A stretch of 64,000 nucleotides of DNA from Candidatus Woesearchaeota archaeon (GCA_016935095.1 JAFGRO010000076.1:15030-79029); one strand, 5' to 3'. Positions 39,256 through 48,912 are shown, counted from the stretch's first letter. The notes: generated from the letters alone by a model not told the origin. Translations and numbers: made by a program.

Positions 39256-40236
39256 ATGTATGATGTAATTACTGTTGGCTCAGCTACTGTGGATGTATTT
39301 GCAGATTCAGCTTCTGAATTGATTAAAATCAAAACCCTGAAAGAAACAGAGGAACTGATAGCATACCCTTCCGGCTCGAAGATTCTTATAAAGAATATCC
39401 AGTTTCTTACAGGGGGCGGAGGCACAAACACGGCAGTTGCTCTTGCAAGACTTGGACACAAAGTTGCTTTTCTGGGCAATCTTGGGAAAGATGCAAATGC
39501 AAAAATAGTCCTTGAAGAGCTGGAAAAAAATAAAGTGGATTTTATAGGAGTAAAAGACAAAGGTATGACCGGATTTTCAGTTGTATTAAAAAGCCTTGAG
39601 CATGACAGGTCTATTCTTGCGTATAAAGGCGTTAATAATGATTTGACTGTTGATGAAGTAAATTTTAACAAGCTGAAAACAAAATGGTTCTATTTTTCTT
39701 CGATGATGGATGAGTCCTTTAAAACAATGGAAAAATTAGCAGAATTTGCGGAAAAAAACCATATAATGATTGCATTTAACCCAAGCAATTACCTGGCTGA
39801 GAAAGGCACTATCTTTCTGAGGAATGTTTTGACTAAAACAACATACCTGATTTTGAATACACAGGAAGCAGAACTTTTAGTAGGAAAAGGTGAATTCATT
39901 GATCTAATTAAAAAACTAATGGACTTTGGTCCAAAGCTTGTGGTTATAACTGACGGCAAAAGAGGCGCACATACTTTTAATAAAAATTATTATTACCACA
40001 TAATTCCCTCTGATGCAAAAGTCTTTGAGACAACTGGAGCAGGAGATTCTTTTGCCGCATCTTTTTTATCAGGGATGATTAAGAAAAATGATGTTGAGTT
40101 TGCATTGAGGCTTGCCCAGATTAATGCGGAGTCAGTAATCCAGCACACAGGGGCTAAAAATAAGTTGTTGACATATAAAGAAGCTCTTGGAATGTTAAAA
40201 AAAACCAAACTCAAAATTAAAAAAAGAAAAATTTAA
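39256..40236 (+). CDS. PfkB-family carbohydrate/nucleoside kinase (ribokinase-like)
   Basis: N-terminal GG motif (TGGGGTNTAVALARLG) and C-terminal DTTGAGDSF motif. Confidence 0.75.
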   Translation: MYDVITVGSATVDVFADSASELIKIKTLKETEELIAYPSGSKILIKNIQFLTGGGGTNTAVALARLGHKVAFLGNLGKDANAKIVLEELEKNKVDFIGVKDKGMTGFSVVLKSLEHDRSILAYKGVNNDLTVDEVNFNKLKTKWFYFSSMMDESFKTMEKLAEFAEKNHIMIAFNPSNYLAEKGTIFLRNVLTKTTYLILNTQEAELLVGKGEFIDLIKKLMDFGPKLVVITDGKRGAHTFNKNYYYHIIPSDAKVFETTGAGDSFAASFLSGMIKKNDVEFALRLAQINAESVIQHTGAKNKLLTYKEALGMLKKTKLKIKKRKI

Positions 40237-40322
40237 ACTTTCCGGTTTAATTTTTTTCAACCAAAGCTTTATAAAGAAAAACCCTGCGTTGTTAATTTAC
40301 TAATTGGTAAATGTGATAAATA

Positions 40323-40472
40323 ATGCAGGGATATAGCAGACTTGGAGTTTATAACAAAAACCTAATAGCCAAAAAAACAGCAGGAAAAGAAAAAAAAGCT
40401 TCTAAAGATTGGGTTAATATTGCTCTTTTTGTATTGCTGATTGTAGTGTTGGTCTTATTTATTATTACTTAA
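40323..40472 (+). CDS. Possible 49-aa tail-anchored membrane micro-protein
   Basis: Hand translation: MQGYSRLGVYNKNLIAKKTAGKEKKASKDWVNIALFVLLIVVLVLFIIT. Weak support. Confidence 0.25.
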   Translation: MQGYSRLGVYNKNLIAKKTAGKEKKASKDWVNIALFVLLIVVLVLFIIT

Positions 40473-40492
40473 ATGTTTTTAATAAACAATAT

Positions 40493-42475
40493 CTAATAAA
40501 CAATATCATATCTTAAGATATAGCATTCTCTCATATCTTTGATTGTGCAGAATTTAGATATGTTTTCTTTTATCCTGTCAATTGAGATTTTCCTGTTTAA
40601 TCTATTATTGTAATTAATTTCCACAAACTGTATCTTTTCAAAACAGGCATTATTTGATAAATGTGAAAAAATATATTCATCTGAGAGGGATATTTTATTG
40701 CCTGTTTTAACAAGGAGTTTTTTTTTTATTAGTCCTTCAATGATATTGCCTGCATTAAAGCTTAATTTTTTAATCAAGTCTTCCTCTTCAAAATTTTTGA
40801 ATTTAAACGCGGTATGCAGTACCCTGATCTCGTCTGAAGATAAGTTTTCCAGAGAAGGTAATTTTTTTGTTTTGAAATTATCTAAGTCTATAATAACATC
40901 ACCATTAATCATCTCTATCAATAAATTAAATTCATTTCTTTTTTCTGAGCATAAAATTAAATATCCCGGTATGAGTGTTGTCTCAATCCCTTTGATTTCT
41001 CTGTCAGACATAATCTTAAGGTCTTTTTTAGTTATTTTAGGCATAATCACAGGAAGAAGCTCTTTTTCATTGAACTCCTGGACCTTTTCAAAGAATTTTT
41101 CTTCATCTCGCTGCTCAAGAATATTTACAGCATGACCTCCATGCTTGGTTTTTCTTGGCCTGATGTTCACAAACAGGGGCATATCAACCACACCTGTAAT
41201 CAATGCAGTTCCTATTGGCAGGTTTTTAATTTCATTCTCAGATTCATTAGTTATGCCTTCAACAGAGTTTGCAATGCTTTTTAAGTCACTAGGGTTTGTG
41301 ACTTTGAGGATTATCTGTGTTGTGCACTGGGATAAGACAGATTTATCGACACGAGCAGGCCTCTGGGATATTATGCATAAGCCAAGGCCGAATTTTCTCC
41401 CTTCAGAAGCAACAGTCCTTAGGATCTTTGAGCATCTTGTCTCTCCGAAACTTCTTTCAGGGCAGTAGTTATGTGCCTCTTCAACAACACAGAAAAAAGG
41501 AGGGATTTTTTCTTTTTTCCTTAACTCAAATAAGTCTTTCATTAACTTGTAGACAATAATCTCCTGAACATCAGGTGAGATTCCTTTGAGATTTATAATC
41601 GTGCATTTTCCTAATTGGATAATCTCATTATATGGCAGGTAACTCTCTGTGAAAATATCAAGGTTGTTTAAATATTCTAAATTATTTATTATTGTCCATT
41701 TTGTGTTATTCTCTTCTTTTTCAAGCTCAAATAATACATTAGTGAAATTAATTACATCAAGGTGCTTTACTGCACTATATAACAATCCAAGCTGCGTATT
41801 AGTCAGTTTTCCTGGGATAAGATGTGTAATTTCAACAGGCGACAGATTATTGTTTAGTTTCAATGGTCTTAATTCAGGATTTGATTTTGAATCTCCGTAT
41901 TCATGAATATTTGTAAAGCCAAGCGGCTTTAAATCATATTTTGAAAGGATCTCTTTTTCCTCGATATTAGGGCTTTTCAAAGAAGAGTATTCTCCATGAG
42001 GATCTATTATAAGAAGAGGCACTTTCTTATCAATAATCTCCTCAATCAAAACACCCGAGGTATATGATTTTCCTGCTCCTGATTTTGCAAGGATTGCAAT
42101 ATGCTTTGTGAGAAGTTTTTTTAAATCCAGGATTACATCAATGTTCTTGCCGTCTAATCTGCCTATAAACGCCCCTTTTTCACAATCCTCCAGTTTTATG
42201 ACTGATTTTATAAATTCATCCTCTGCTTTTATGACTTCAGCATTCTGCTCAAACGGGATCCTTATCGGCTTTATTCTTCCCTTATCGTCTTTATAGCCGA
42301 TAACAATGCAGTTGGCAATATCTTTATCTGTGCGCTCAATTTCAATTACCTGGCATAAAACCCATTCATATACTTTATGCATTACCTGCACAAACTCAAA
42401 TTTCTTTGTTTCTTTTTCTACAAGGAATTTAAATTCCGTTGTTGTAATCCTGCCGAAGATTTTACCTAAAATCAT
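40493..42475 (-). CDS. herA: HerA-family (FtsK/HerA superfamily) hexameric ATPase with N-terminal HAS barrel and a ~170-aa C-terminal extension
   Basis: Walker A AILAKSGAGKSYTSG and Walker B FFCVVEEAHNY. The N-terminal beta-rich region precedes the ATPase core. Confidence 0.7.
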   Translation of the reverse strand: MILGKIFGRITTTEFKFLVEKETKKFEFVQVMHKVYEWVLCQVIEIERTDKDIANCIVIGYKDDKGRIKPIRIPFEQNAEVIKAEDEFIKSVIKLEDCEKGAFIGRLDGKNIDVILDLKKLLTKHIAILAKSGAGKSYTSGVLIEEIIDKKVPLLIIDPHGEYSSLKSPNIEEKEILSKYDLKPLGFTNIHEYGDSKSNPELRPLKLNNNLSPVEITHLIPGKLTNTQLGLLYSAVKHLDVINFTNVLFELEKEENNTKWTIINNLEYLNNLDIFTESYLPYNEIIQLGKCTIINLKGISPDVQEIIVYKLMKDLFELRKKEKIPPFFCVVEEAHNYCPERSFGETRCSKILRTVASEGRKFGLGLCIISQRPARVDKSVLSQCTTQIILKVTNPSDLKSIANSVEGITNESENEIKNLPIGTALITGVVDMPLFVNIRPRKTKHGGHAVNILEQRDEEKFFEKVQEFNEKELLPVIMPKITKKDLKIMSDREIKGIETTLIPGYLILCSEKRNEFNLLIEMINGDVIIDLDNFKTKKLPSLENLSSDEIRVLHTAFKFKNFEEEDLIKKLSFNAGNIIEGLIKKKLLVKTGNKISLSDEYIFSHLSNNACFEKIQFVEINYNNRLNRKISIDRIKENISKFCTIKDMRECYILRYDIVY

Positions 42476-42591
42476 GCATTTCCAGAAAGAAAAGGGATTT
42501 ATAAGGTTTTGGAGTCAAATCGAGAAGTTAAGTTATATGGGGTAATTGAATTTATTTTTTTATTTTTATAAATTATTTGATAATGAAAATA

Positions 42592-42954
42592 TTAAGTATT
42601 AGATGACTTAGTTAGTTTTTCAACAACTGCTTTAAGAGTTTGATATGCTCTGAAAAATAATGTTCTACCACTAATAAAGTAGTCAGCAGCACCTTGTGCA
42701 TAAGGATTTCCAATTCTAAGAAACTGTTCAAAGGCAGTTCTTGACTTACTGAAATATTCAAGAATTTGAGAATATTGTTCATTGAAGGGCTCTTTTGATA
42801 AAGTCTCAATTGCAATTTGAAGATATCTATAAACTTGGTGTTTTATTTGTCCAAGATCAATATTAATCTGTGAACCTTTTATTGCATTTTCTAGAATTCT
42901 ATTAGCATTAAAACCTATTCTAAATAATTCTATAAGATCTTCTTCATCTCCCAT
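42592..42954 (-). CDS. Hypothetical helical protein (atypical A/T-ending codon dialect)
   Basis: 120-aa ORF upstream of herA on the same strand, 117-nt gap. No family recognised. Confidence 0.35.
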   Translation of the reverse strand: MGDEEDLIELFRIGFNANRILENAIKGSQINIDLGQIKHQVYRYLQIAIETLSKEPFNEQYSQILEYFSKSRTAFEQFLRIGNPYAQGAADYFISGRTLFFRAYQTLKAVVEKLTKSSNT

Positions 42955-43005
42955 TCTATTAGATTAATAATTATACATTATATTAATATTTTACTTTTAG
43001 TAATT

Positions 43006-43143
43006 GAGGAACAGCACTTCTTGCCCTTCATGTGTCAGATGATGTTCCTCAATGGCTCCTTTCACTCATTATAATGCAAGGGGCGCTTGGGGAACTTCTG
43101 GTTAAATATTTAAAGCAAATATTACATCTCCCCAAGCCTAAAA
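43006..43143 (+). repeat. Conserved ~135-nt GC-rich intergenic element, copy C of 3
   Basis: Same conserved blocks. Lies about 100 nt upstream of the presenilin-like gene on the same strand. Confidence 0.6.
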
Positions 43144-43245
43144 CTAAATTTTAAAAAAATTTGAATTAAGAAATGCCTGTCATATTGATTTTGATTAGAG
43201 ACTGAAAACAAAAATAATTTAAATCTTTGCAATATAGGGATTCTT

Positions 43246-44169
43246 ATGAAGCATGATTTTAAAGTGACTCTCTTTCTTTTAATTTTATTTATTTCAGCCC
43301 AGGTTATTGGTTTGTTTATACTGAACCAAAGTATTATTGTAGAGGAGGCAATTGACGAAATAACAGGAGAAACAAGTGTTGTTTTGGATTATAAGGAAGT
43401 TATTACAGGAAGACCTGAAACCCAGGGAGCATCATCTTTTTTATATGTTTTTTTTGCAATTCTGATCGGGACAATCCTGCTTCTGATACTTATAAAATAC
43501 AAAATGCATAAAGTCTGGAAAACATGGTTCTTTGTTGCAGTCGGAATAACATTATCAATCGTGTTTGATGTTTTTTTTGAAGAAATTATTTCCTTGATCT
43601 TGGGATTTGCATTGGCTTATTTGAAAATATACAGGCCGAATATATTTACGCATAATCTGACAGAGGTTTTTATGTATGCAGGCATAGCCCTGATGATTGT
43701 TCCTATCTTCAATATATTCTGGATGATTATACTGCTGATAACAATCTCAATATATGATATTATTGCTGTTTTTAAAAGCAAGCACATGATTAAGCTTGCA
43801 AAATTCCAGTCCTCATCCAAGATGTTTGCAGGGCTTGTAATCCCCTATAAAAAATTACCACAATCCTCTTCGGAAATAAAAATCCATATACCTAAAGGAA
43901 TAAAGAAACAGGGCGTTAAATCCGCTATTTTAGGAGGAGGGGATATGGCATTTCCTTTGCTGTTTGCCGGTGTAGTGATGGAAAATCTGATTGTAGTTAA
44001 TCATATGACAAAACAATTAGCTTTTTTTAAGACATTAATCATACCTGTATTTGCCTGTATGGCTTTGGCAGTCTTATTATATTTAAGCAAAAAAAACAAG
44101 TTTTATCCTGCAATGCCGTTTTTAACTGCCGGCTGCCTGCTTGGATACGGGATTATTTTTTTTATTTAA
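43246..44169 (+). CDS. Presenilin/signal-peptide-peptidase-like intramembrane aspartyl protease (A22 family homolog)
   Basis: 9 TM. YD motif (SIYDIIAVF) and GxGD motif (LGGGDMAFP) in consecutive TM helices. C-terminal PAL-like motif (PAMPFL). Confidence 0.6.
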   Translation: MKHDFKVTLFLLILFISAQVIGLFILNQSIIVEEAIDEITGETSVVLDYKEVITGRPETQGASSFLYVFFAILIGTILLLILIKYKMHKVWKTWFFVAVGITLSIVFDVFFEEIISLILGFALAYLKIYRPNIFTHNLTEVFMYAGIALMIVPIFNIFWMIILLITISIYDIIAVFKSKHMIKLAKFQSSSKMFAGLVIPYKKLPQSSSEIKIHIPKGIKKQGVKSAILGGGDMAFPLLFAGVVMENLIVVNHMTKQLAFFKTLIIPVFACMALAVLLYLSKKNKFYPAMPFLTAGCLLGYGIIFFI

Positions 44170-45132
44170 TATATTTTCAATGACCATGATATTATCCCTG
44201 ATTCTTTTAATGTTAGGGTTGCCTTTTTTAAGGGCAAGTTTGAGGAATTTTAATGCAGCTGAATAATGCCTGTACATGAATAATATATTTGCAAGATTGT
44301 TATATCCCGCGGCAGAGATTCTACAGGCTTTTGCAAGTTTCTTATATATATCATAAGCTTTGTTGAATTCTCTGGCTTTTATATGAGCTTCTGCCATGCC
44401 TTCAAGGTTCTTATCCGGCTCAAAATTGAGCTGAACAGCTTTCTGGAAATATTCAACTGCTTTTTTATAATCTTTTTTATATTTCAAATTTACAGTGGCA
44501 GCTATTGCATAAATTCTTCCGGAAGGGTTTTTTTTAAGCTCTTTTTCTGCAATCTCAAGATATTTAAGTTGCCTGTTAATGAGTGATTTTTTTTCATAGT
44601 AATGGTGTATCGGAATATCTGAAACATCATATTTTTTAACAGAACTGTCAACAACTTCATGGACAACGCCTGAAAATTTTATCCCTTTATTATTCCTGAA
44701 TAATCTTATAATGGGATTTTTTACATATCCTTTGTAATTCCTGCAATAAGGATTATTATCAGCAGGTGTCCAGTTTGCCTGGGAGCTGTCATTAGTATAA
44801 TTCCTCTGTATAAGAAAAAACGCATCCTGTTTTGCATTATTAATTAATCCTATAACCTTTTCCATATCTGCAAGGACTTCATCAGCATCTAATACAAGAA
44901 TCCAGTCTTTAGTAGCTTTTGACAATGAAAAATTCCTTGCTTTGGAAAAATCATATTCCCATATAAAATCAAAAACATTATCTGTAAATTTTCCTGCAAT
45001 TTCCTTTGTCCTGTCTTTTGAGCCGGTGTCAACAATAATAATCTCATCTGCATGGTCTTTAACATGATTTAAACAATCTTCCAGAAACTCCTCTTCATCT
45101 TTTACAATCATGCACAGGGATAATGATGGCAT
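44122..45132 (-). CDS. Family 2 glycosyltransferase with C-terminal TPR repeats
   Basis: N-terminus SLCMIVKDEEEFLEDCLNHV...IIVDTGSKDRT (GT2, SpsA-like). TPR-like helical repeats at the C-terminus. Confidence 0.65.
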   Translation of the reverse strand: MPSLSLCMIVKDEEEFLEDCLNHVKDHADEIIIVDTGSKDRTKEIAGKFTDNVFDFIWEYDFSKARNFSLSKATKDWILVLDADEVLADMEKVIGLINNAKQDAFFLIQRNYTNDSSQANWTPADNNPYCRNYKGYVKNPIIRLFRNNKGIKFSGVVHEVVDSSVKKYDVSDIPIHHYYEKKSLINRQLKYLEIAEKELKKNPSGRIYAIAATVNLKYKKDYKKAVEYFQKAVQLNFEPDKNLEGMAEAHIKAREFNKAYDIYKKLAKACRISAAGYNNLANILFMYRHYSAALKFLKLALKKGNPNIKRIRDNIMVIENILNKKNNPVSKQAAGS

Positions 45133-45170
45133 GATTTTAATAAAAATATTTTAGAATTATAAATTTTAGC

Positions 45171-46184
45171 TTAAGCAACCGCTACCAGATACAATGCCTG
45201 GGACCAGCCAAGCGGTGTATTCTTGTTCGAAATTTTAGAACCGCCGTAATATAATTCAGGAATCTCGCATTTCCAGTTCATGCACTCATGTGTCTTGTTA
45301 ATATAGTAACGATATTTTTCTTCATTTCTCAAATCCCTGTAAATTTTAGCTAACCAGATAAAACCAAAGCACCATTCTGCCTCTTTATCCTGGTTTTTAT
45401 AATAATAATCATTAAAATACCTTATAATGCCTTTTTTCCTGACTAATTTCTCTTCAACATTTTTTAGGATTAAAGCCCTCTGCTGTACAGTAACTATATC
45501 GAAAGGATAAATCAGCGAGAGCAGTGCAAGATCAACATCTTTTGTTTTGCTTTCCTTAGGGAGCAAAGTATTTAGTGCTGTTTCACCTTTTTTTATAAGG
45601 CTGTCGGGAACATTCACAAGTCCTGTTACAGCTTTTAAACCAGCTAAACAGGCCCCTATTGAAGACGCATGGACCTCTTCTTCATTTTCCCAGATTCCAT
45701 TGTCAGGGTCATGCCAATATTCTATACTCTCTAGATATTTTACAAGCTTTTGCAGGATTCTTAAATCATCTAAGTCCCTGAACACAATAATCTTTTCCCT
45801 AAATAAAGTCCCGACCATAAACAGAAATGCGCCGACTGCATCATTTTGCTTATTGCCCCACACTTCATAGAACTCATTAAACGTATGAGGGCAATACCTG
45901 GCATGTATATACTTGTAAGCGGCATCCGGCTTTTCTTTTATAGCCCAGTCAATCTTATACTCGTGCTTTAAAAGGACATCAAATAGTGCATAATATGTTT
46001 TTTTTAATGATTTAATATCTTTTGCAGCCATTAAGCCGAGACTTTCATAAATATTGTCACGTATCCAGGCCTTGTTATAGCCTGTTTTTACTCTTTTTTT
46101 AGAAGCCCCGAACAGCCCGCTTGGATACTGCAGGCTCTTTAAAATCCTCTTAGAGAGTGTTTTTGATAATAGTTTTTTGATCAT
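45171..46184 (-). CDS. Glycoside hydrolase family 15-like (glucoamylase-related) protein
   Basis: (alpha/alpha)6-barrel-like. Conserved YNKAWIRDN motif typical of GH15. Confidence 0.5.
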   Translation of the reverse strand: MIKKLLSKTLSKRILKSLQYPSGLFGASKKRVKTGYNKAWIRDNIYESLGLMAAKDIKSLKKTYYALFDVLLKHEYKIDWAIKEKPDAAYKYIHARYCPHTFNEFYEVWGNKQNDAVGAFLFMVGTLFREKIIVFRDLDDLRILQKLVKYLESIEYWHDPDNGIWENEEEVHASSIGACLAGLKAVTGLVNVPDSLIKKGETALNTLLPKESKTKDVDLALLSLIYPFDIVTVQQRALILKNVEEKLVRKKGIIRYFNDYYYKNQDKEAEWCFGFIWLAKIYRDLRNEEKYRYYINKTHECMNWKCEIPELYYGGSKISNKNTPLGWSQALYLVAVA

Positions 46185-46300
46185 TATATTTCCTTGTCTA
46201 ATTAAATACTCCTTAAAAGTAGTAAGAGTATATAAATCTTTCGTTTTGTAGTTATTAAACAGTAGTAAAAATAGAAAGATTTATATAGTAAATTTATATC

Positions 46301-47914
46301 ATGTCTCCAATGACAGCACTTTCCGCTACATATAATGTAGATCTAACTAAATATAATGCTTTTCTATTAGAAAGATTAAAAAGTGAATTCCGGGCACGTT
46401 TATTACCAGAATCAACTGGAAGAAGACGAGTTTACCGAGATGGAGACCAACCTTGTGATTTATCAGAAGCACTTTATAATGATAGGCAAATTTGTTTACA
46501 GGGTGATCCTGGTTCTGGAAAAACTATGGCATTATTAAATGAAGGAATTAGAATTGTACAAGGAGAAGAAAGAAGTGAATATGGATTAACAACCCTTCTT
46601 TTAATGGAATTACATAGTTTAAGTACTGGATTGGATTTTTCAGCTCCTTATGAATTCTTTACAGCTTATTTACAAGGAATTGCACAAAAACTAGGTTTAT
46701 CAGATGACTTCCCTCAACAAGTGTATCAAGATCCTGGTACTGTTATTACACTTGATGGTCTAGATGAAATTGCTGATCCACAAATAAGAGAAAAAGTAAT
46801 ACAAAGCATCAATGAAGCCAAAGCAGCAGCAATTGCATCAAATGGAAAGTTGCCACAAATAATTGAAGTAGCAACTCGACCTTGGGTAACTGTTGAAGGT
46901 TTTATACCTTATGCCTTAGAACCATTAACAGAAGTACAAATGGCACAAATTTTTGTAGGTGAGTTAAATGCATATTTTGATAGTATTTATGGTGAGGATG
47001 GATTGAAAGGAAAAGCTAGAGAAACTCAAATCAGGCAAAGAACTGATGATTTTCTCATGTATCTTTCACAAAGATCCTGGAGTCATATATTAAGAAATCC
47101 ATCATATTTGAGATATGCAGTACATCATCAAAATCCATTACCAGGAACATTTGGAGAATTTCTTGAAGCAGCAACTGATGGTTTTTTAATAGGTATTCAA
47201 GCAAGAAGAGATTTAGTGGAAGAATTAAATGTAGTTGTAGATAGACATCATCAACGACTTGGACAACATATATCTGATATGATTCCAGTATTAAGAGAAA
47301 TGGCATGGGTAGCACATACAGAAAAAAGTCGAGCTTTACCTTTAGATAAAATATTATCTATAGAAAGGTGGGATCCAAATGGTAGCTATTCAAATTCACT
47401 TTTATCTCAATTACCTACTGAAAGAAAAGAACAAATGCTTGATAAAATTGCGGAGAAATCACCTTTTTTAGCTCGCTATGAAGCAGAAGGAATTACTACT
47501 AAACATTATTTTTTTACACATCTAGGATTACAAGAATTTTTAGCTGGACAAGCACTTGCAGATAGAATAAATGAAGGGAAAATATCTCTTGATGAAGTAG
47601 ACAATATGCTTGATAATTCTTGGTGGAGACAACCTGTCCTTTATTCTTTTTCTAGTTTAAACTGGAATCAGGCAAATGCATTAGCTGAAAAAGTAATACA
47701 GAGACAGGATAGATCTTTAATGGCTGATGCTTATCATATGGTACAGGGAAAAGTACTTCTACATTACTTAGAAGCTTTTGAAGCAGCAAATAGTGAATTA
47801 CAGACAGAGACTACAATTGATGAGCAAGAGCTAAGGGCAGAATTAAAAAAGGCTGAGGGATCATCTTCTCAGAAACAAAAGAGAGGAAGATTAGGTTTTT
47901 TGGAAAAAAAATGA
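46301..47914 (+). CDS. NACHT-type STAND NTPase (short, 537 aa; no obvious effector or repeat sensor domain)
   Basis: Walker A GDPGSGKTMALL and NACHT-style Walker B VITLDGLDEIAD. Distinct A/T-ending codon dialect (tta, caa, gga, aga, gaa). Confidence 0.6.
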   Translation: MSPMTALSATYNVDLTKYNAFLLERLKSEFRARLLPESTGRRRVYRDGDQPCDLSEALYNDRQICLQGDPGSGKTMALLNEGIRIVQGEERSEYGLTTLLLMELHSLSTGLDFSAPYEFFTAYLQGIAQKLGLSDDFPQQVYQDPGTVITLDGLDEIADPQIREKVIQSINEAKAAAIASNGKLPQIIEVATRPWVTVEGFIPYALEPLTEVQMAQIFVGELNAYFDSIYGEDGLKGKARETQIRQRTDDFLMYLSQRSWSHILRNPSYLRYAVHHQNPLPGTFGEFLEAATDGFLIGIQARRDLVEELNVVVDRHHQRLGQHISDMIPVLREMAWVAHTEKSRALPLDKILSIERWDPNGSYSNSLLSQLPTERKEQMLDKIAEKSPFLARYEAEGITTKHYFFTHLGLQEFLAGQALADRINEGKISLDEVDNMLDNSWWRQPVLYSFSSLNWNQANALAEKVIQRQDRSLMADAYHMVQGKVLLHYLEAFEAANSELQTETTIDEQELRAELKKAEGSSSQKQKRGRLGFLEKK

Positions 47915-47931
47915 TTAAACAAACTCTTCCT

Positions 47932-48876
47932 TTAACAAACACTTGCTGCTCCAATCAACCCAACATCTGTATTCAGAACAATAGAAATATTGATTTTTTT
48001 TAACAGCTCAGAATAAACCCGGTGCTTAACAAACTCTTTTAAAAAATATTTTTTAAGGTATTCTTTAATCTTAGGAGAGATGCCTCCGCATAAATAGATA
48101 TGAGAGGGGATAAGGTGCAGGGCGGAATCCCTTGTGAATCTTGCAAAGTATCTTGTGAATTCTTTTAGTGTGAGTTTGCAGAGCTCGTCTTTGTTACTGT
48201 ATTTGGTTATCATCTCAGCGCTTTTCATTACTGTTTTTTTGATTTTTTCTCCAGCCTGGTAACTTCTCTGGGAAGAGGTTTTTATAGCAAGGTGTTTATA
48301 TAAGTTAATTATGCCTTTACCAGAAAGAATATCCTCATAATAGACCTGCTTTCCGTATTCTTTTCTCAGAAAATCAAGCAGGGAATAATCATGGATATCC
48401 TCAATTCCCATTAAGGTGAGCCCGCCTTCTCCTGGAAAGACAAGCTCATGCACAACATATGCTTTTCCAAGTCCTGTGCCGGGACCTACAACCATTTTGA
48501 CTTTATTGTTAAACTTGGATCTGTTCAGTACAATGAAATCCTTGTTTTTCAGGACTTTAATGCCCTGTGCAATAGCATGGAAATCATTTATCAAAAAAAT
48601 CTTTATATTAAGTTTTTTTTCAAGTAATTTCCTGTTTATTGTAAGGTCTGCATTAGTCAGCTTTGCTTTACCTTCAATCACAGGTCCTGCAAACCCGATA
48701 CATGCTTTTTTAATATCGTCTTTTTTGTTTTTTTTAAGAAATTCATTAATTAATCTGAATAAATCTTTTATTTCTTTTGTTGCATATATCTCTTTTTTTA
48801 TTATCTTATTATTTTCAACCAGGGCAATTCTGCAATTAGTGCCGCCGATATCCATAGAAAGAACTCTCTTTTTCAT
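47932..48876 (-). CDS. glk: ROK-family glucokinase/sugar kinase
   Basis: N-terminus MDIGGTNCRIALV and the ROK fold. Confidence 0.7.
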   Translation of the reverse strand: MKKRVLSMDIGGTNCRIALVENNKIIKKEIYATKEIKDLFRLINEFLKKNKKDDIKKACIGFAGPVIEGKAKLTNADLTINRKLLEKKLNIKIFLINDFHAIAQGIKVLKNKDFIVLNRSKFNNKVKMVVGPGTGLGKAYVVHELVFPGEGGLTLMGIEDIHDYSLLDFLRKEYGKQVYYEDILSGKGIINLYKHLAIKTSSQRSYQAGEKIKKTVMKSAEMITKYSNKDELCKLTLKEFTRYFARFTRDSALHLIPSHIYLCGGISPKIKEYLKKYFLKEFVKHRVYSELLKKINISIVLNTDVGLIGAASVC

Positions 48877-48912
48877 TCTTCAAACTTAAAATAAGAGGAT
48901 TTAAATAATTTT

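Noticed and set aside
41145-41906. Plus-strand ORFs antisense to herA
   Set aside because: Shadow ORFs. herA has clear Walker motifs on the minus strand.
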